Counted from the first letter of the whole stretch, positions 28,801 through 41,800 are shown. The stretch is 63,492 nt of DNA, filler included, from Kipferlia bialata (GCA_003568945.1; 4 parts of 4 records of this genome joined end to end with filler, not necessarily neighbours in it); one strand, 5' to 3'. Translations and numbers: made by a program. Notes: generated by a model not told the origin, from the sequence alone.

Positions 28801-31507
28801 GACCCCACTATATGAATACAAATTTCAGGTACTCACCCTTCAGCCCCCCCTCTCCACCCCTGTGTGACTGCCATCCCTCCCCTTGATATATGCACCAGTC
28901 TGGTCAGAAGGGGGCACGCACCAGCACTTTCAGCTCTAATGGGTCTAGAGAGAGGTATGTGTGGCTACATACACTAATATATATATGTGTGTGTACACGT
29001 ATACATGTATATACTACTGCCTCTGACCTTCCAGACCAGGACAGGGACAAGGCCGTCCAGGCTGCCCTCCTTCACCTGGTGGGGTACACATCACTCACAC
29101 ACGCTAGGTCATCAAAGGTATGTATATCTGCATATATAGTTATAGAGAGTGAACATCCTTCTCGATACTATCACCATTTTGGTGTTAACCTTCCCAGGCC
29201 CTGCTGTTCCCTGCCTTCTCCAGTGCGCTAGTGGCGTTGATGGCTAGGTGTGTATATAATACATCCTTCACACTGGGCATGTACTTCATATAGACCAAGT
29301 CCAGTCCTTTGATCGAACTAGTGACTTCATTTGGTGTTTGTGTGGTTTCATTTATATATATGTTCTGTATTTAGAATGTATTTAGAGACTATTACATTTG
29401 TATATACGTTCTCCCCTCACCCCCAGGTACCCCAGGCTGTTGGCAGACCCAGGCATAGGGCAGCAGGTACATTGATGTTTCATATAGTATGCATGTTTCA
29501 TATAGTATGCATGTTTCATGTAGTATGCATGTTTCTCTTTCCAGAGGTAGCCTTCCCTCTGTAATGCCGAACCACCTCTCAATACAGTCTCTCTCTCTGT
29601 CTCTCTCTCTCTGTCAACACTGTATCCCCCATGTCTTATCACTAAATCAGTGTATCCCGTCGTGATGCCGGCCCAGCTCTCTCTCTCTCTCTCTATGTTA
29701 ACGTAACCCATATATGCCTTACTCCTAGATCAGTGTGTCTCTGAGGGATGCCGGCCCAACTCTCTCTCTGTCATTCTCTGTCTCTCTCTCTCTCTCTGTA
29801 AGTATTCTACTACGCCTTACCGCTAGATCAGCGTCTCTCTTCGTGATGCCGGCCCCGCTGTCAACACTGTTGTGGTGGATGAGACAGCTGTGATGCACCT
29901 GACAGACCCAGGTGATTTTTATATATATAGATAGATGTTACTATATGAATTATTATATATGTATAGTTATGGAGAGAGAGAGAAATAGAGGATGGGACGA
30001 GACATCAGTCATGCACTTGACAGATCCAGGTAGGTATGGATTTATAGCGGTAGATGAAACCATCTGTACACACACACTCGATTCTATATACGTATACATT
30101 CAGTCTATTCCTGACCCCCCAGGCCGTAGGCACTCTCTACAGGGTACTCTACTCAAGCACCTGCTGCCAGCTGTCACGCAGGTATGCTTTCTCTCTCTTT
30201 CCTTTATTATTCAACTCTCTATTTGTGGATATTTGTATCCCTTACCCCAGGCCAGTAGCACCGGGTACTCACTACTACTGGACGGTCTCTTAGGTGAACA
30301 ATACACTATGCAGCGTTGGTCTATTATATGAAGTGTGGTGTGTATATCTGCCTCTACTTCAATCTATTTGTAACCATCAGGCCCTGTCCTAGTCAAGAGA
30401 CCCCCCAACCGGGGTGGTGGGTACTCAGTCCACCCCTACATGTGTGGCACGTACCAGGTAGGATGCGTATGAGTATTTAGTCAACCATTATATGTAGAGA
30501 CATGTGTGTAATGCCATATGTCTATTCTTCGCAATTATCTACTATGTATACAACATCCAGTGTTTATTGTGTAGATATGTATTCACTCTATATATCTATA
30601 CATATATACGCTTACTGTCAGGCCTTCAACCACCGTGAGAGGGACTGCCACCAGCATGACCTGAATACAATCTCTACGTTTCTCCTTCTCTCTATATATG
30701 TGTATATATGTACTGTATATACTAACTAACAGGCCTTCAACCACCGGGAGAGGGACTGCCACCAGCACGGACTGAGCACAGAGGGGGGGAGGGATATAGA
30801 CAGTGAGAGGGTGTGCATACTCAGGTGTGCTGCTCTGTTACTACACATATATGTCTGGGCACTTGTGTATATTATCTTCCCCCTGAGACTTTTAACTGAA
30901 ATACTTTTTACTGTGGCGTTTCTCTATCTTTACTACTCTCTATTCATATTACTCACCCCAGGGATGAGCTCCTCCCCTTCTCCCCCCACCTGACCACTGA
31001 CACTGTGGCATACCTGGTGTCATCATGCCGGACAGACATACTCACAGCTTGGTTGGCAGTGGCTGTGACAAAGGTATGGGTATTCTCTTGTCTACATCTA
31101 ACTACTACTGATGCATGGTAGATTGTATACTATATGAATCTATCCACCCCTCAACCAGAGATGCCGCAGACTACAGCATCTTACTACTCATACCTGATAT
31201 TTGCGTGTTGGTAGTGACGATATACATGTCTATATGTGTCTCTATCCCCCTCACCCCCAGATGCTCCAGAGTGCAGGCAGAGACCTCATCCACCAGCCAC
31301 TCTTCCAGAGGTAGGGGTATATACACACATATTTATGTATATACTAATATGTATATGAGTATATATATATCACGATATTGTTCCTTCAGCCACTCTTCCA
31401 GAGGTAGGGGGGCAAGAAAAGCATCTTTGTGGTATTATTAGATTATGTACTTGTCAATAGGTAAATCTGAACCCCAGGGCCCCTGGCTCCGATAGGGCCC
31501 AGGCCTC

Positions 31508-31538
<31 letters not shown>

Positions 31539-32658
31539 CATACATACATCTATGTGATAGTACGATTTATACTTGATTTGTCTAACCCCCAGACCCCCTG
31601 GCTCCGATAGGGCCCAGGCCCTCTGCCCTTGTGACGCAGAGCAGCTGGTGGCAGGTATAGATAGTAAACATGTAAAGAGCGATAATAACGTATATATACT
31701 CGTGTAACCCCAGGCCTCACCCGTCTACCTACCCGTACCCCAGAGATACTCGAGACAATTAACAGGTATGTATTTGGGTGTGTATTTGTCACAATACAGC
31801 CACTTCGTTCCTATTCTCTCTCATGGGCACTTAGTGAGATGTGTGCGTTGTTACTATGTAGGTATACTGTTATGAACCACACACTCCCCCTTACCCCCAG
31901 GGTGTTGAATGCCCTTGACACAGGGTGTGACACGGCATCGGAGGCACTGCTCGGGTATGTGGGCTCATCTGTCTCATCTGTACATATATATATCAGTATC
32001 TCTCACCGAATCCGGAACGCTTTCTCTCTCTCTCTCTTTCTCTCACTCCAGCACCATTCTGTCTGCCCCCGAGGTGTCTGAGGCCCTGGGTGCATACTGT
32101 GTCAGTCACATCAAGAAAGTGCACCAGAGGGTGGCAGAGCCTAAGTGAGTGATACTTATAGATAGTATATACTAGATAGTATATAGTTACTATATAATAT
32201 AGTATATATGTATAGGTATATATGTGTGTCTGTCAGGAGGGTGCACCAGAGGGTGGCAGAGCCAAAGTGAGTGTGTATATATAGTGTAGTGTATATAGTA
32301 TATAGATACATAGACGTATATGTATAGGTATATATAGATGTGTCAGCCACATCAAGAGAGTGCACCAGAGGGTGGCGGAGCCTAAGTGAGTGGGTATAGA
32401 AATTAATAGAATATTCTAGATAGTATATAGTAAATAGTATATATGTATATATATATATATGTCTGTCAGGAGAGGGCACCAGAGGGTGGCAGAGCCTAAG
32501 TGAGTGGGATATATGTAGATATATGTACAAATGTATACATGAATACATTGTATCTTCTTTGGTGCCACATTTGAGTGGATGTAGACTGTCCAAGTATGTA
32601 TCCACTCATCCCAGGTTCACCCACATGCCGTTCCACCTGTTACTCTCTCTGTCTCTGC

Positions 32659-32696
<38 letters not shown>

Positions 32697-33530
32697 CTAT
32701 CTATCTATATCTATACTCACCTTAGGTTCACCCACATGCCGTTCCACCTGCTGCAGACTGACGTGAGTGTGTGTGTGTACACAGACTCCAAGCAGTCCAA
32801 GTGGACGTTCAAGGAGAGACACACCCTCCTCACAGGTAATAGTAAATTAGTATATATACACAGTATATAGAACATCACAGCATATATCTCATCACATACT
32901 CAAGGACACACACACACGGCTCACAGGTAAAGAGACTCATATACTCTCTATCCTAAACCCTTATTACCAGGCACCTCCATCTCTCTCTCTCTCTCCTTAA
33001 ACCCTTATTACCAGGCACCTCCATCCTTCTATTCAAGTCTGAGGACCCCTCGTCCTACCGACACTCCCTGTCCCTGTGCTGTGCATCTGTGCAGAGGGTG
33101 GCATCAGACACACACCCACACCTCTTCAGTGTAACCAGTCACACAGGTACAGTATACAGAGTATATGTGTATGTATGTATATAGATATAGAGAGAGTATC
33201 ACCCACAACTGTTCAGTATCACATCTCATACTGGTATACTAGAGAGAGTGTATATTATTCAATTGTGTATTGAGAGAGAGAGTACCCTCCGTATTGTCAC
33301 CCCCAGGTGGGTCTGGTGACAAGGAGTGGGTCAGTATCAGTATCATATTGATACATAATTTACTGTTCAGTATCAGTATATATATATCTACCTCCCATGT
33401 CTCACCCCCAGGTGGGTCTGGTGACAAGGAGTGGGTCTTCTCCCCCTCCACCCAGCAGGACGCAGACATGCTCATGTCATTCATCACATCCCTCATAGCG
33501 GTGCTCATCAGTGCAGTGCCAGTGTTATAG
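19998..33530 (+). CDS. Very large multi-exon protein (about 45 small exons), largely helical, with a C-terminal PH domain (5' partial)
   Basis: A continuous chain of phase-compatible exons. The last three give VYTDSKQSKWTFKERHTLLTGTSILLFKSEDPSSYRHSLSLCCASVQRVASDTHPHLFSVTSHTGGSGDKEWVFSPSTQQDADMLMSFITSLI, the strand pattern plus terminal helix of a pleckstrin-homology domain. Stop TAG is at 33528-33530. Confidence 0.75.
24495..24557. other. Scaffold gap inside an intron
   Basis: N run without the TTAATTAATTAA linker, flanked by two copies of the same acceptor and exon start. Confidence 0.9.
29475..29535 (+). repeat. 18-bp tandem repeat (about 3.3 copies) in an intron
   Basis: The unit atgtttcatatagtatgc is repeated. 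Confidence 0.9.
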
Positions 33531-33890
33531 GCACAGTCAGAGAGAGATATGTATATAGAGCGGGTGTGGAGTCCCCTCTTTACATTCGTGAGAGAAGTTT
33601 TCCTTACAAGAACATGGTCACTTAACGCATAAATCCATTGTATCATTGTGTATACAAGATTTTAATATCGACAGAGAGAATTGGGATATTACAGTCACAG
33701 CTGGTATCTATTGATCGGTTTGTCGCACACCCAATTCTCAGCTTTCGAATCAAACAATGCGGAAATCCGAAAAGCAAAACAGACTTTCCGGGTACTCTCC
33801 TTTCTTGCCAATACGGCCGAAACAACCGACCCACTGTTTCGACAAACGCAAGAGGAGCCAAAAACAGCAATTAGCTTGCTTTCGAGAGCT

Positions 33891-34138
33891 ATGGACGTGG
33901 ATCCAGAAGCAGGTGGGTATATTTAGGGATATGCCAGAGTATTTTGTCTCTCTCCTGCGTCCTGACCCCAGGAGGCGTCTCTCGCGAGGCCCTAGAGAGG
34001 GAAATAGCTGAGCTGAAGACTGCCAAGGACAAGCTGATCCAGCAGAACCTGCAGCTGCTTCTACTGATGAAGGAGAAGGACCAGAAGCTGTTCAGATGCG
34101 AGATGGTGATTAGGAAGTACCGTGCCCGGCTTGTAAGG
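33891..34138 (+). CDS. Coiled-coil protein, 5' exons only
   Basis: MDVDPEA|GGVSREALEREIAELKTAKDKLIQQNLQLLLLMKEKDQKLFRCEMVIRKYRARLV is followed by a GT donor. It is preceded by a CpG-rich putative promoter. No clear continuation is visible after the poly-C tract at 34200-34280. Confidence 0.65.
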
Positions 34139-34398
34139 TGGTTTGAGGATATGAGGTGGGTTATCATGTATGTATGCGGTCTAGTCGGACGTATACAATC
34201 CCCCCCCCCCCCCCCCCCCCCCCCTCCCCCCCCCCCCAAAAAAACCCCCCCCCCCCCCCCCCATCCCCCCTCCCGCCCTCGCCTCCTCTCTCAAATGTTA
34301 TGTATACTCCTACTGATACATGTTTGACACAGGCTGTATCTATATGTCTCTATCCACGTATGTATACTTGTATGTCCATATGAAAGGTATATACTCGA

Positions 34399-34439
<41 letters not shown>

Positions 34440-35033
34440 GAATGCTACCTCATGCACTTTCACTGTGTCGGACCAACTCCCAATGTGTACTACAGTCTGT
34501 ACTATAATATGCTATTGTATTCCACTCCTCCCCTCTCTCTTCACTCCGTGCACTATAACCCATCTCTGTACGTCACTTCAGTGCTTCAAATGGAGTTGTA
34601 GTGTCAGTGAAGTACAGCTGATGTCTCTCCAAATGAGTGGATGATTATCCACTCTTTTGTTGTGTGCATGAGTATTGGTTATACTTAGGGACTCTCAATC
34701 ACAATATACTTCCACACTTATACTGTCTGGTTGAGAGTAACATAAGACAACCAGATGCGACATCAATAGATAATAGAGATACTATCTATCATAGTAATAT
34801 CTATATTATCTATTATCTATCTATTATCTATATTAGATAGGGGTCAGAGAGCTTCTTGAGTGTATGCGCAAAGACAGTCTGGGATACCAAGGAGTTTTGT
34901 TGTGATTAGACTATTCAAGATTCCCAAATATACCATCTGGAGCCTGTGGCGCAGCCGCCGCTGTTCTACTGGATGTAAGCTCTCTCTCCTCCCAACACAA
35001 AGGGGTTCTATAATTGAATCTATTCAACCAACA

Positions 35034-38000
35034 CTATGGCGTTCTAATTGCTCTCAATGTGGTAGTACTATCAGAAGGGGTACTGACATCCCAGAAACAC
35101 AGCTTGAATATCAGCGGGTAGGATGTATCAGCCGTGGATCCTGTTACCACACTAGAGGTCAGGTAGTCCCCGCCATAGAAGAGAGAGCCACCCGCAATCT
35201 TCCAGTCTGTGGACACACTTGTCACATGGTATACCACCGTGTCAGACACCGTGTAGGTTCCGCTATAGAATCCTGTGATTGTTACTGACATGTAGACCGC
35301 GGCAGGGCTGGATATCCCGTCAGAACCCCTGAGAGTCACCCCTAGGTCATGGAAACCAGAGGTGTTGTCCCACCCACTGTCGAGTCCTGATATGGGTATG
35401 TGCCGCACAGTACATATATATTGACAATACCCACATAACTCTAGAATTGATCAATATATATCGGAGTATATATACCTGTAGTGATCTCAGTGTACCCAGG
35501 CAGGAAGAGAGAGGACACGGAGTTTGCTGCTATCGAGCCAGTCTCCACTGTAGAGAGGCCCAGGGCATACTCATCATCGACTGCCATACTTAACATGTTA
35601 CCCGTTGTACTAGTGGAGTACTTAGCAACACCGGTATGGCCTAGGTACATGCTCAGTTCTGTGGGAGAGGAGGAGCGGAGAGATGGGGGCACGGTCATCT
35701 CAGTAGTGTGTGTATCACTAGGAACAGTCGGGCTGGCGATGTGCAGGTCTGTCGCGCTAATAGCTCTCCCAAGATACTCAGAGCCAGGAGTGCTCCCAGA
35801 CAATGATACTGACCCATTGGGCAGTATATAGTACTCGGCGCCAGGTACCAACCCTGAGAGACCCCCAGCAGTGCTACCTGCCAGAGAGACAGAGACCACA
35901 CCGCTATCCACTGCAGACTCAGTGCCTATACCTACACACCCTCTACTGAGGTTGCTCCATATTGTAGTATGGTAGGGCAGCGTGTATCCCTGGTAGCCAG
36001 AGTTGAGATCTGAGTAGGCTAGAACCATGCACTGGGAGGCAGGGTTATACACCACCGTGGGGGCAACGCTACTCTCTATCGCATTGAATGCGGTGGGAGT
36101 ACCGACACTCACTGTACTCCCAGATAGAGTGACAGGTACAGATGTACCAACGTGCCCCTTGGCGTGGGTGTCAGGGTAGACAACCAACATACCCGAGGTC
36201 TGAGGGTCGTGCACTACGGAGGGTATCCCTACTAATCCAGTGCATATCGTGTAGCTAGGACCGAGTGTGAGGCTTCCTGCAGACAAGGTCCCCACTCTGG
36301 CCTCGATAGAATTGACGAGGAGGTACTGAGTGTACACAAAGAGCATGTCTCCGGTAACTGGGTCGGTAGCAATGTCGCCATGGAGAGTCTGGTTGCCGTT
36401 CAGAGTACCGACGAGACTAAGGAACAACCCACTGCCAACCACGGAGAGAAGGCGGAAGTCCCCACTACCACTGGGATTAGTGACGAATGTATACACGCCC
36501 AAACTATACGTCTTCTCCAACACACTTCAAATCTCGCAAATACCAAGCTCATTACGGTGATGTAGCTAAATGCATAAGATTCAGTGTCTTACCCGACGCC
36601 CTGGTAGCCGATGATAGTCAGGTTCTGGAACGGGTGGTATATCAGTGACAGCAGTCCAGGAGTGCTACTGCTAAACTGGAGCGCCAGTTCGAAAGAGATT
36701 GACGTCCCAGCAACTGTGCCAAGAACAACATACCCGTCCTGGCCGATTGTAACATATGCCACAACGACCTTCTGGGCTTGGGCGTCGTAGGTGATGTTGA
36801 CGTCAATCCCAGCAGTGGCACTGACTACGACGGAGCTGCCCAATGATATAGAGCCAGAGCGAGACACACTGACCACAAGTGCTGTGGTATGGTCACTGTT
36901 GTTCTCATCGTTGTACACGACGACAAAGACATCGTGTGCCACGTCGTACACAACCTGGGGCGCCTTTGCCTGGAATCAGAATATTAATACATGTAGAGGG
37001 GCACTATAAGAGGGTAATCAAGTCAAAGACACAGTGCATAGGACATACAATTTGCATATGTATAGATATATACAGATAGATATATAGATAAACATACTCA
37101 CATGATGACCACTGGGGAACTGGACATCTAATCCATATGCTACTGAGTCCCCGTCTACAGTTATGAATCGGGCATATCCATCCTTAGACGTGTCCTGATA
37201 CACTGCCAACACCCCGTGGTCATTGGCAGCCAGGGAGACACGGGAGTCGCGGAAGGAACTGCCTATTGTCATGGTACCTCCATACCCTGCTGGAAACTCT
37301 CTCACTGAACTCACTGTTCCTTGGGGTGAGAAGTATTAGAGACGTGACTCTATATGTACTCTAACTTACGACTTACCATCATGATTCAGTACCAGTGGAT
37401 CTCCCGCGGACACACTACCACGAGTTGTGAACCGACTACCGTCTGAGGCTAATGGGGGTGCCACCTGTAGAGTGGTTGCACTCATTGCAACACCAGTGGA
37501 GACAACAGGTGATGCTGGTAGCTGTGACAGACTCCCGTCCAATCTGAGATAGTAGGTGGATCCAGGAGTGAGGTCCTGCAGCCCAGAGGCAACCCCAGTG
37601 GCAGAGACCACCACAGCAACATCATGTGCCGCAGCAGCCTCACTCACTATACCACCGTAGGCCCCAGCTCCCAGTGTGTGCCGTTGCTCAGTCGTGTAGA
37701 GCCGCATGGCTCGATACTCGTCTCCAGTAGGATCCGTGTAGGCGAGGAACAGTGAGTGGGTGGCAGTAGAGTAGTGCATATCCAGGCTCTCCTGGGCACC
37801 GCTGGTAAACTCGAGTGGTGGGTACCCAACAGAGATTGTGCTGCCAGCTACGCTTACCTCCCATATCGATGCTCTGTCATGTGCGCTATTGTAATGGGTT
37901 GCAAACATCATGGAGCTCCTGCTGTAATCGTACTCGATAGCCAGAGCAGCCGTCCCCTGAGAGGTAACTACCATAGCTCCAGTGACGGAAACGACATTCC

Positions 38001-39371
38001 CAGCGATGTCGGCAACTGCCATGCGAGTGTTTCCGAAGTAGTAGGCTATCAGTGCTTGGTGTGTCACGGGATCGAACGCTGCAACCGCATAGTGGGCAGA
38101 AGCAAAATAGACATCAGATCCGGAAGATATTGTCGTCCCAGCAACACTCAGGGCTCTGGCGAAGCCACAGTAGAGGAGAAGGGTGTCGTTTGAGACGGGG
38201 TCATGGGCCAGATAGGATGCCTTGGAGCAGCCCACAGTGTAGGGGAACTCAGTGTGGAAGGTGATCGTGTTGGGGTCTGTAACGGTAGCAGCCAAGGCAA
38301 ATCCGTAGTTCGAGCTGTTTCTATACGCGATAAGGACCGTCCCACTTGATCTATGGTAGACACAGTGGATGGGAGGGGTCCACATGTCAGAGCTTACAGT
38401 TCCAATGGCGGTTGCGACACCCAGTGATAGAGATCCACTGGGCAGAACTGTTACCGTAACCGCATATCCAATGGAGCCGGTAGAGATGTACTTCGTGAAG
38501 ACTATGAAGAAGCAATCAGCCGCCTCATTGTAAACTATGACCGGGTAGTATATCTGAGAGTAAGACGGTAGTAAGAAGATGTCAGGCACATCCCACTAGG
38601 AGGTACAATAGATGTATCCAAACAGTGTATGCCCACCTCCCGATCAAAGGATACAGAGACTTCTGGACCGAATGCGATGGTGGGACCAACGGCAGCCACC
38701 AGACGAACTGACGCCACGTCAGGAGTGGCGTGGCCGTACACGACGACTATGTTGCCATGTATGTCCTCTGCCATAGAAGTATGTTCCTTTGCAACCACTC
38801 TTTTCAGATGGGATGAGGGGCCTAGTCCAGCTGGACTCGTGACGACAGGGCTAAAGGTACCTACAATGAGATACACACCACATAGAAAAGTGTTGATGTC
38901 GTGTAATTACTACACGCACCCAAGCTGTTGACAATGACTGGATCCCCGACAGACAGGTCTGCCGCAGCTGTTGCGCTAAGACTGGGCTCTGGGAGGGGGG
39001 CCCAGAGTGCCTGACCTGAACCATCCGTGGAAAGATACTGAGGGTAAGCAGTAGTCATAACTGTGAAAAACAGAGCACAAGGCAAAAGCAATGTCAGCCT
39101 ACCTCTCCCGTTGATCCGTTGCCAGCTGGAAACGAGTACGCTCCCTCTAATGACAGGCTTGAGAAGACACCATCGGATGGAGTTACACTTCCGATTGGAG
39201 TATCGTCGATGGTATCAGCAGAGAACGAGTGATTCACTTCGACACCCCCGGTGGCTCGTACAGTAAGTGTATCTGAGCCAGCTGTAAGCACTAGATCCTC
39301 GGTCGCCTTCGCGGTGAGGGAGGAGGATACTACGCTCGATGCGGTAACAGCGCCAGTCACCGTCATTGGCA
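35034..39371 (-). CDS. Phage tail-fibre/structural-protein-like protein with two tandem beta-rich modules, interrupted by 7 spliceosomal introns (5' partial)
   Basis: Exons 39371-39103, 39037-38920, 38860-38637, 38595-37377, 37319-37102, 36969-36593, 36524-35476 and 35341-35034 join in frame. Motifs include IDDTPIGSVTPSDGVFSSL, FPAGNGSTGEYLSTDGSGQALW, GDP(V/L)(I/V)xNxxGT, YDAQAQKVVVAY, GTVAGTSISF and SGLxxGxxYYxxxxGS...GxAxSATxL. Confidence 0.75.
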
Positions 39372-39471
39372 NNNNNNNNNNNNNNNNNNNNNNNNNNNNN
39401 NNNNNNNNNNNNNNNTTAATTAATTAANNNNNNNNNNNNNNNNNNNNNNNNNNNNNNNNNNNNNNNNNNNN
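39372..39471. other. Artificial contig linker
   Basis: N-TTAATTAATTAA-N. Confidence 0.97.
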
Positions 39472-39734
39472 AGCTCCTCCGATTACGGAGCTATGAAATC
39501 AGATAAACCCCTAATCAAACACGTAACCGCAAGAAAAGGGACCTTATTTCCATTTATATATGTAAGGATGTCACCCAAAGAAGCCAGATTCAAGTCGGCA
39601 TCCAGCACGTTCTAGTCGATTTCCGGCATGCGAGGTACACTTGGCGGGATTGTAGCTTCCTTCATTTACTATTGCGTATTCGTGTGTTTCTCTGTACCTC
39701 TCTAACTGTCACATTCACGTATACAAGATGGCTG

Positions 39735-41800
39735 ATGACAGGTTGCTCTCTTTGGGCCACTGTTCTGCTGCTAGCGGTCATATCACCCGCTCTCGGCTAT
39801 GTGGAGTACACAGATACCTCCGGGTCCTTTGATGCTACAACGTATCGAACCCACAGGTTTGTACCTCATTTATATCCGAGGAATGCTCTACACGGAATAG
39901 GTAATTCTTAGTGTTCACTCTATCTGAAACCATTGTCAACCATGTGCCGGCCTCTTATAATCTTGACCTCAGCTCGGACTGGGTCGTACTTCATAGCGAC
40001 CCCACCCCGGATGTAGTGCACCTCGAGTGTGAGGGGAGTGTGTGGAGTGGCCAGGCAGTGCTGGGAGTCTATACCGCACACTGCGAGGAGGACTACTTCC
40101 TGGATACTACCATGATAACTGGGGCAACATCGACCGTCAGCATCGACAGAGATATTGCCCTCACAACCTATAGGAACTGCGTGGTGGTCCGCCTTGTTGG
40201 ATATAGCTACAGCAACGACTTCACGTGTGAGTATGGCCCACCAGGGCCCGTGGTCCACACCATCACGTCCAGTTCCGGCTCTTTTGGACCCGTGGCCTGC
40301 AGCAATGACCAGTACGTGAATATCTGGAATTCAATTGTTATTCCTACTTTCTCTAAGTTGCATGGAGTCTATGCCATAGACCACTCAGCTAACATTAGAG
40401 ATGAAAGGTTCGTTGTTCAGCCGCCCTCTCTCCACGGAGGGTCCGGCAGCCTGTCCTGCTCTGGCTCTGCGGGTATGGGGGACTACCTCTCTGCCTACAG
40501 GGCTGTCTGTGACAGCACTGACGGCTACACAGCGGCACAGCTGATAGCCCAGGACTCAGGAGAGATAACGTTGTCGACAGCAATGTCGTTTCCCTTGACC
40601 TCGTCGTACAACTGTTTCGTCGTCACATGGATAACCGACGGCATTGGAACTCCATCCACATACACAATACCGACGTGCACGTACTCCACTGGAGATCCCG
40701 CTACCGAGACCCTCACGGCGTCAAGTGGCACCCTGGGGCCAAGTGTCTACACCAACAACCAGAGTGAGAGGTACATTGTGCTTCCCACCGCTGGCCTGGG
40801 CTCTGCCACTGTGACCTGCAGCGGTGACACCCAGGACGACGGTGACGTCCTCAGCATCTACATGGCGCACTGCAGCAGCTCCGGGGATATGTCATCGGCT
40901 AGTCTCGTTGCCTCGGCCACTGGCTCTATAGACCTGTCCCATACACTCTCGTTCCCTGAGGACGGGAGTGAGAATTGCCTCTTTGTGACATGGACCACGG
41001 GCCCTACGGGTAACTCATATACTCAGCTCCCCGCATGCACGTACACAACATCCACCGGCATCCCCTACACTAGTGTACATACTGGGAAGAGTGGCACCTT
41101 CGGGCCCAGCACCTACACCAACAACCAGTACGTATATTGCAGTGGAGTTACGCTCTACCTCATCTTGTTACAGTGTTATATATAGATAGCACTATACATA
41201 GCATGCATAGATACCTTCCACTCTCACTCAAGGTATGAGAAGTATGTGGTGCATCCCAAGAAGATGGAGAGTTCCTCTCTGCAGTGTTCATCTGAAGATG
41301 GCAACACCGGCGACTACATCAAGGTGTACTACGCCTACTGTGACGAGTCCTACAACACTTCCTCCTCTCGCCTTGCGGAGTCTGCGGATGGATCTATTGA
41401 TCTGTCCTATAGCCTTGACTTCAAGGAGGGGGATGACGACTCATGTTTCTATGTAGTGTGGGACACCGATGCCTCTGGCACCTCAGCACATCTGCCCACC
41501 TGCAGTTACACAGCTGAGGTAGGGTTCTCCCTCTCTTACATCGATCCAGTGGTGTTCATTGGGGGAGGGGCGGCTCTCTTCCTTTTGGTTCTAGTTTGCA
41601 TCTGTAGGTGCAAGAGGAAGGCGAGGAAGGGGCGTGATGGCAGGGAGGGTGTCACTGACACCCAGGTTGTCTCTATGGATGTGCCTGTGTCTAAGGTGCC
41701 TGTCCCGACAACTCTGGCAGTGACACCTGGGTCGAAGGCCATGCTGGACTCCATGTCCGGCCAGCAGCTACAGATGCAGATGCAGATGCAACAGATGTAG
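39735..41800 (+). CDS. Type I membrane protein with signal peptide, four CUB-like repeats, a TM helix and a Gln/Met-rich tail
   Basis: Signal peptide is MTGCSLWATVLLLAVISPALG. Four repeats follow the pattern SG[ST][FL]...Y.N.Q..[YF]VV.P...C......D[YV][LI]..Y.A.C...C..V.W.TD.....P.C.Y. TM segment VVFIGGGAALFLLVLVCIC is followed by RCKRKARK. There are three short introns. Confidence 0.75.

Larger units (their letters stand above)
11950..33420. repeat. Dense (TA)n, (GA/CT)n and (TG)n microsatellites interleaved with partial exon copies in introns
   Basis: Directly visible throughout the introns of the genes at 11663-16732 and 19998-33530, and also at 56100-59100 and 61450-63492. Confidence 0.95.

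Noticed and set aside
32110..32510. Regularly spaced ~30-nt repeats with unique spacers, superficially CRISPR-like (also 12299-12600, 20860-21170 and 61400-61775)
   Set aside because: The repeats are copies of exon ends with splice sites, the spacers are microsatellite, and no cas genes are present.
11940..34650. Many ORF-track entries rich in YIYI, SLSL and CVCV
   Set aside because: They are translations of intronic microsatellites or antisense frames.
39472..39492. Small inverted repeat agctcc...ggagct at the contig start
   Set aside because: A six-bp stem is expected by chance.
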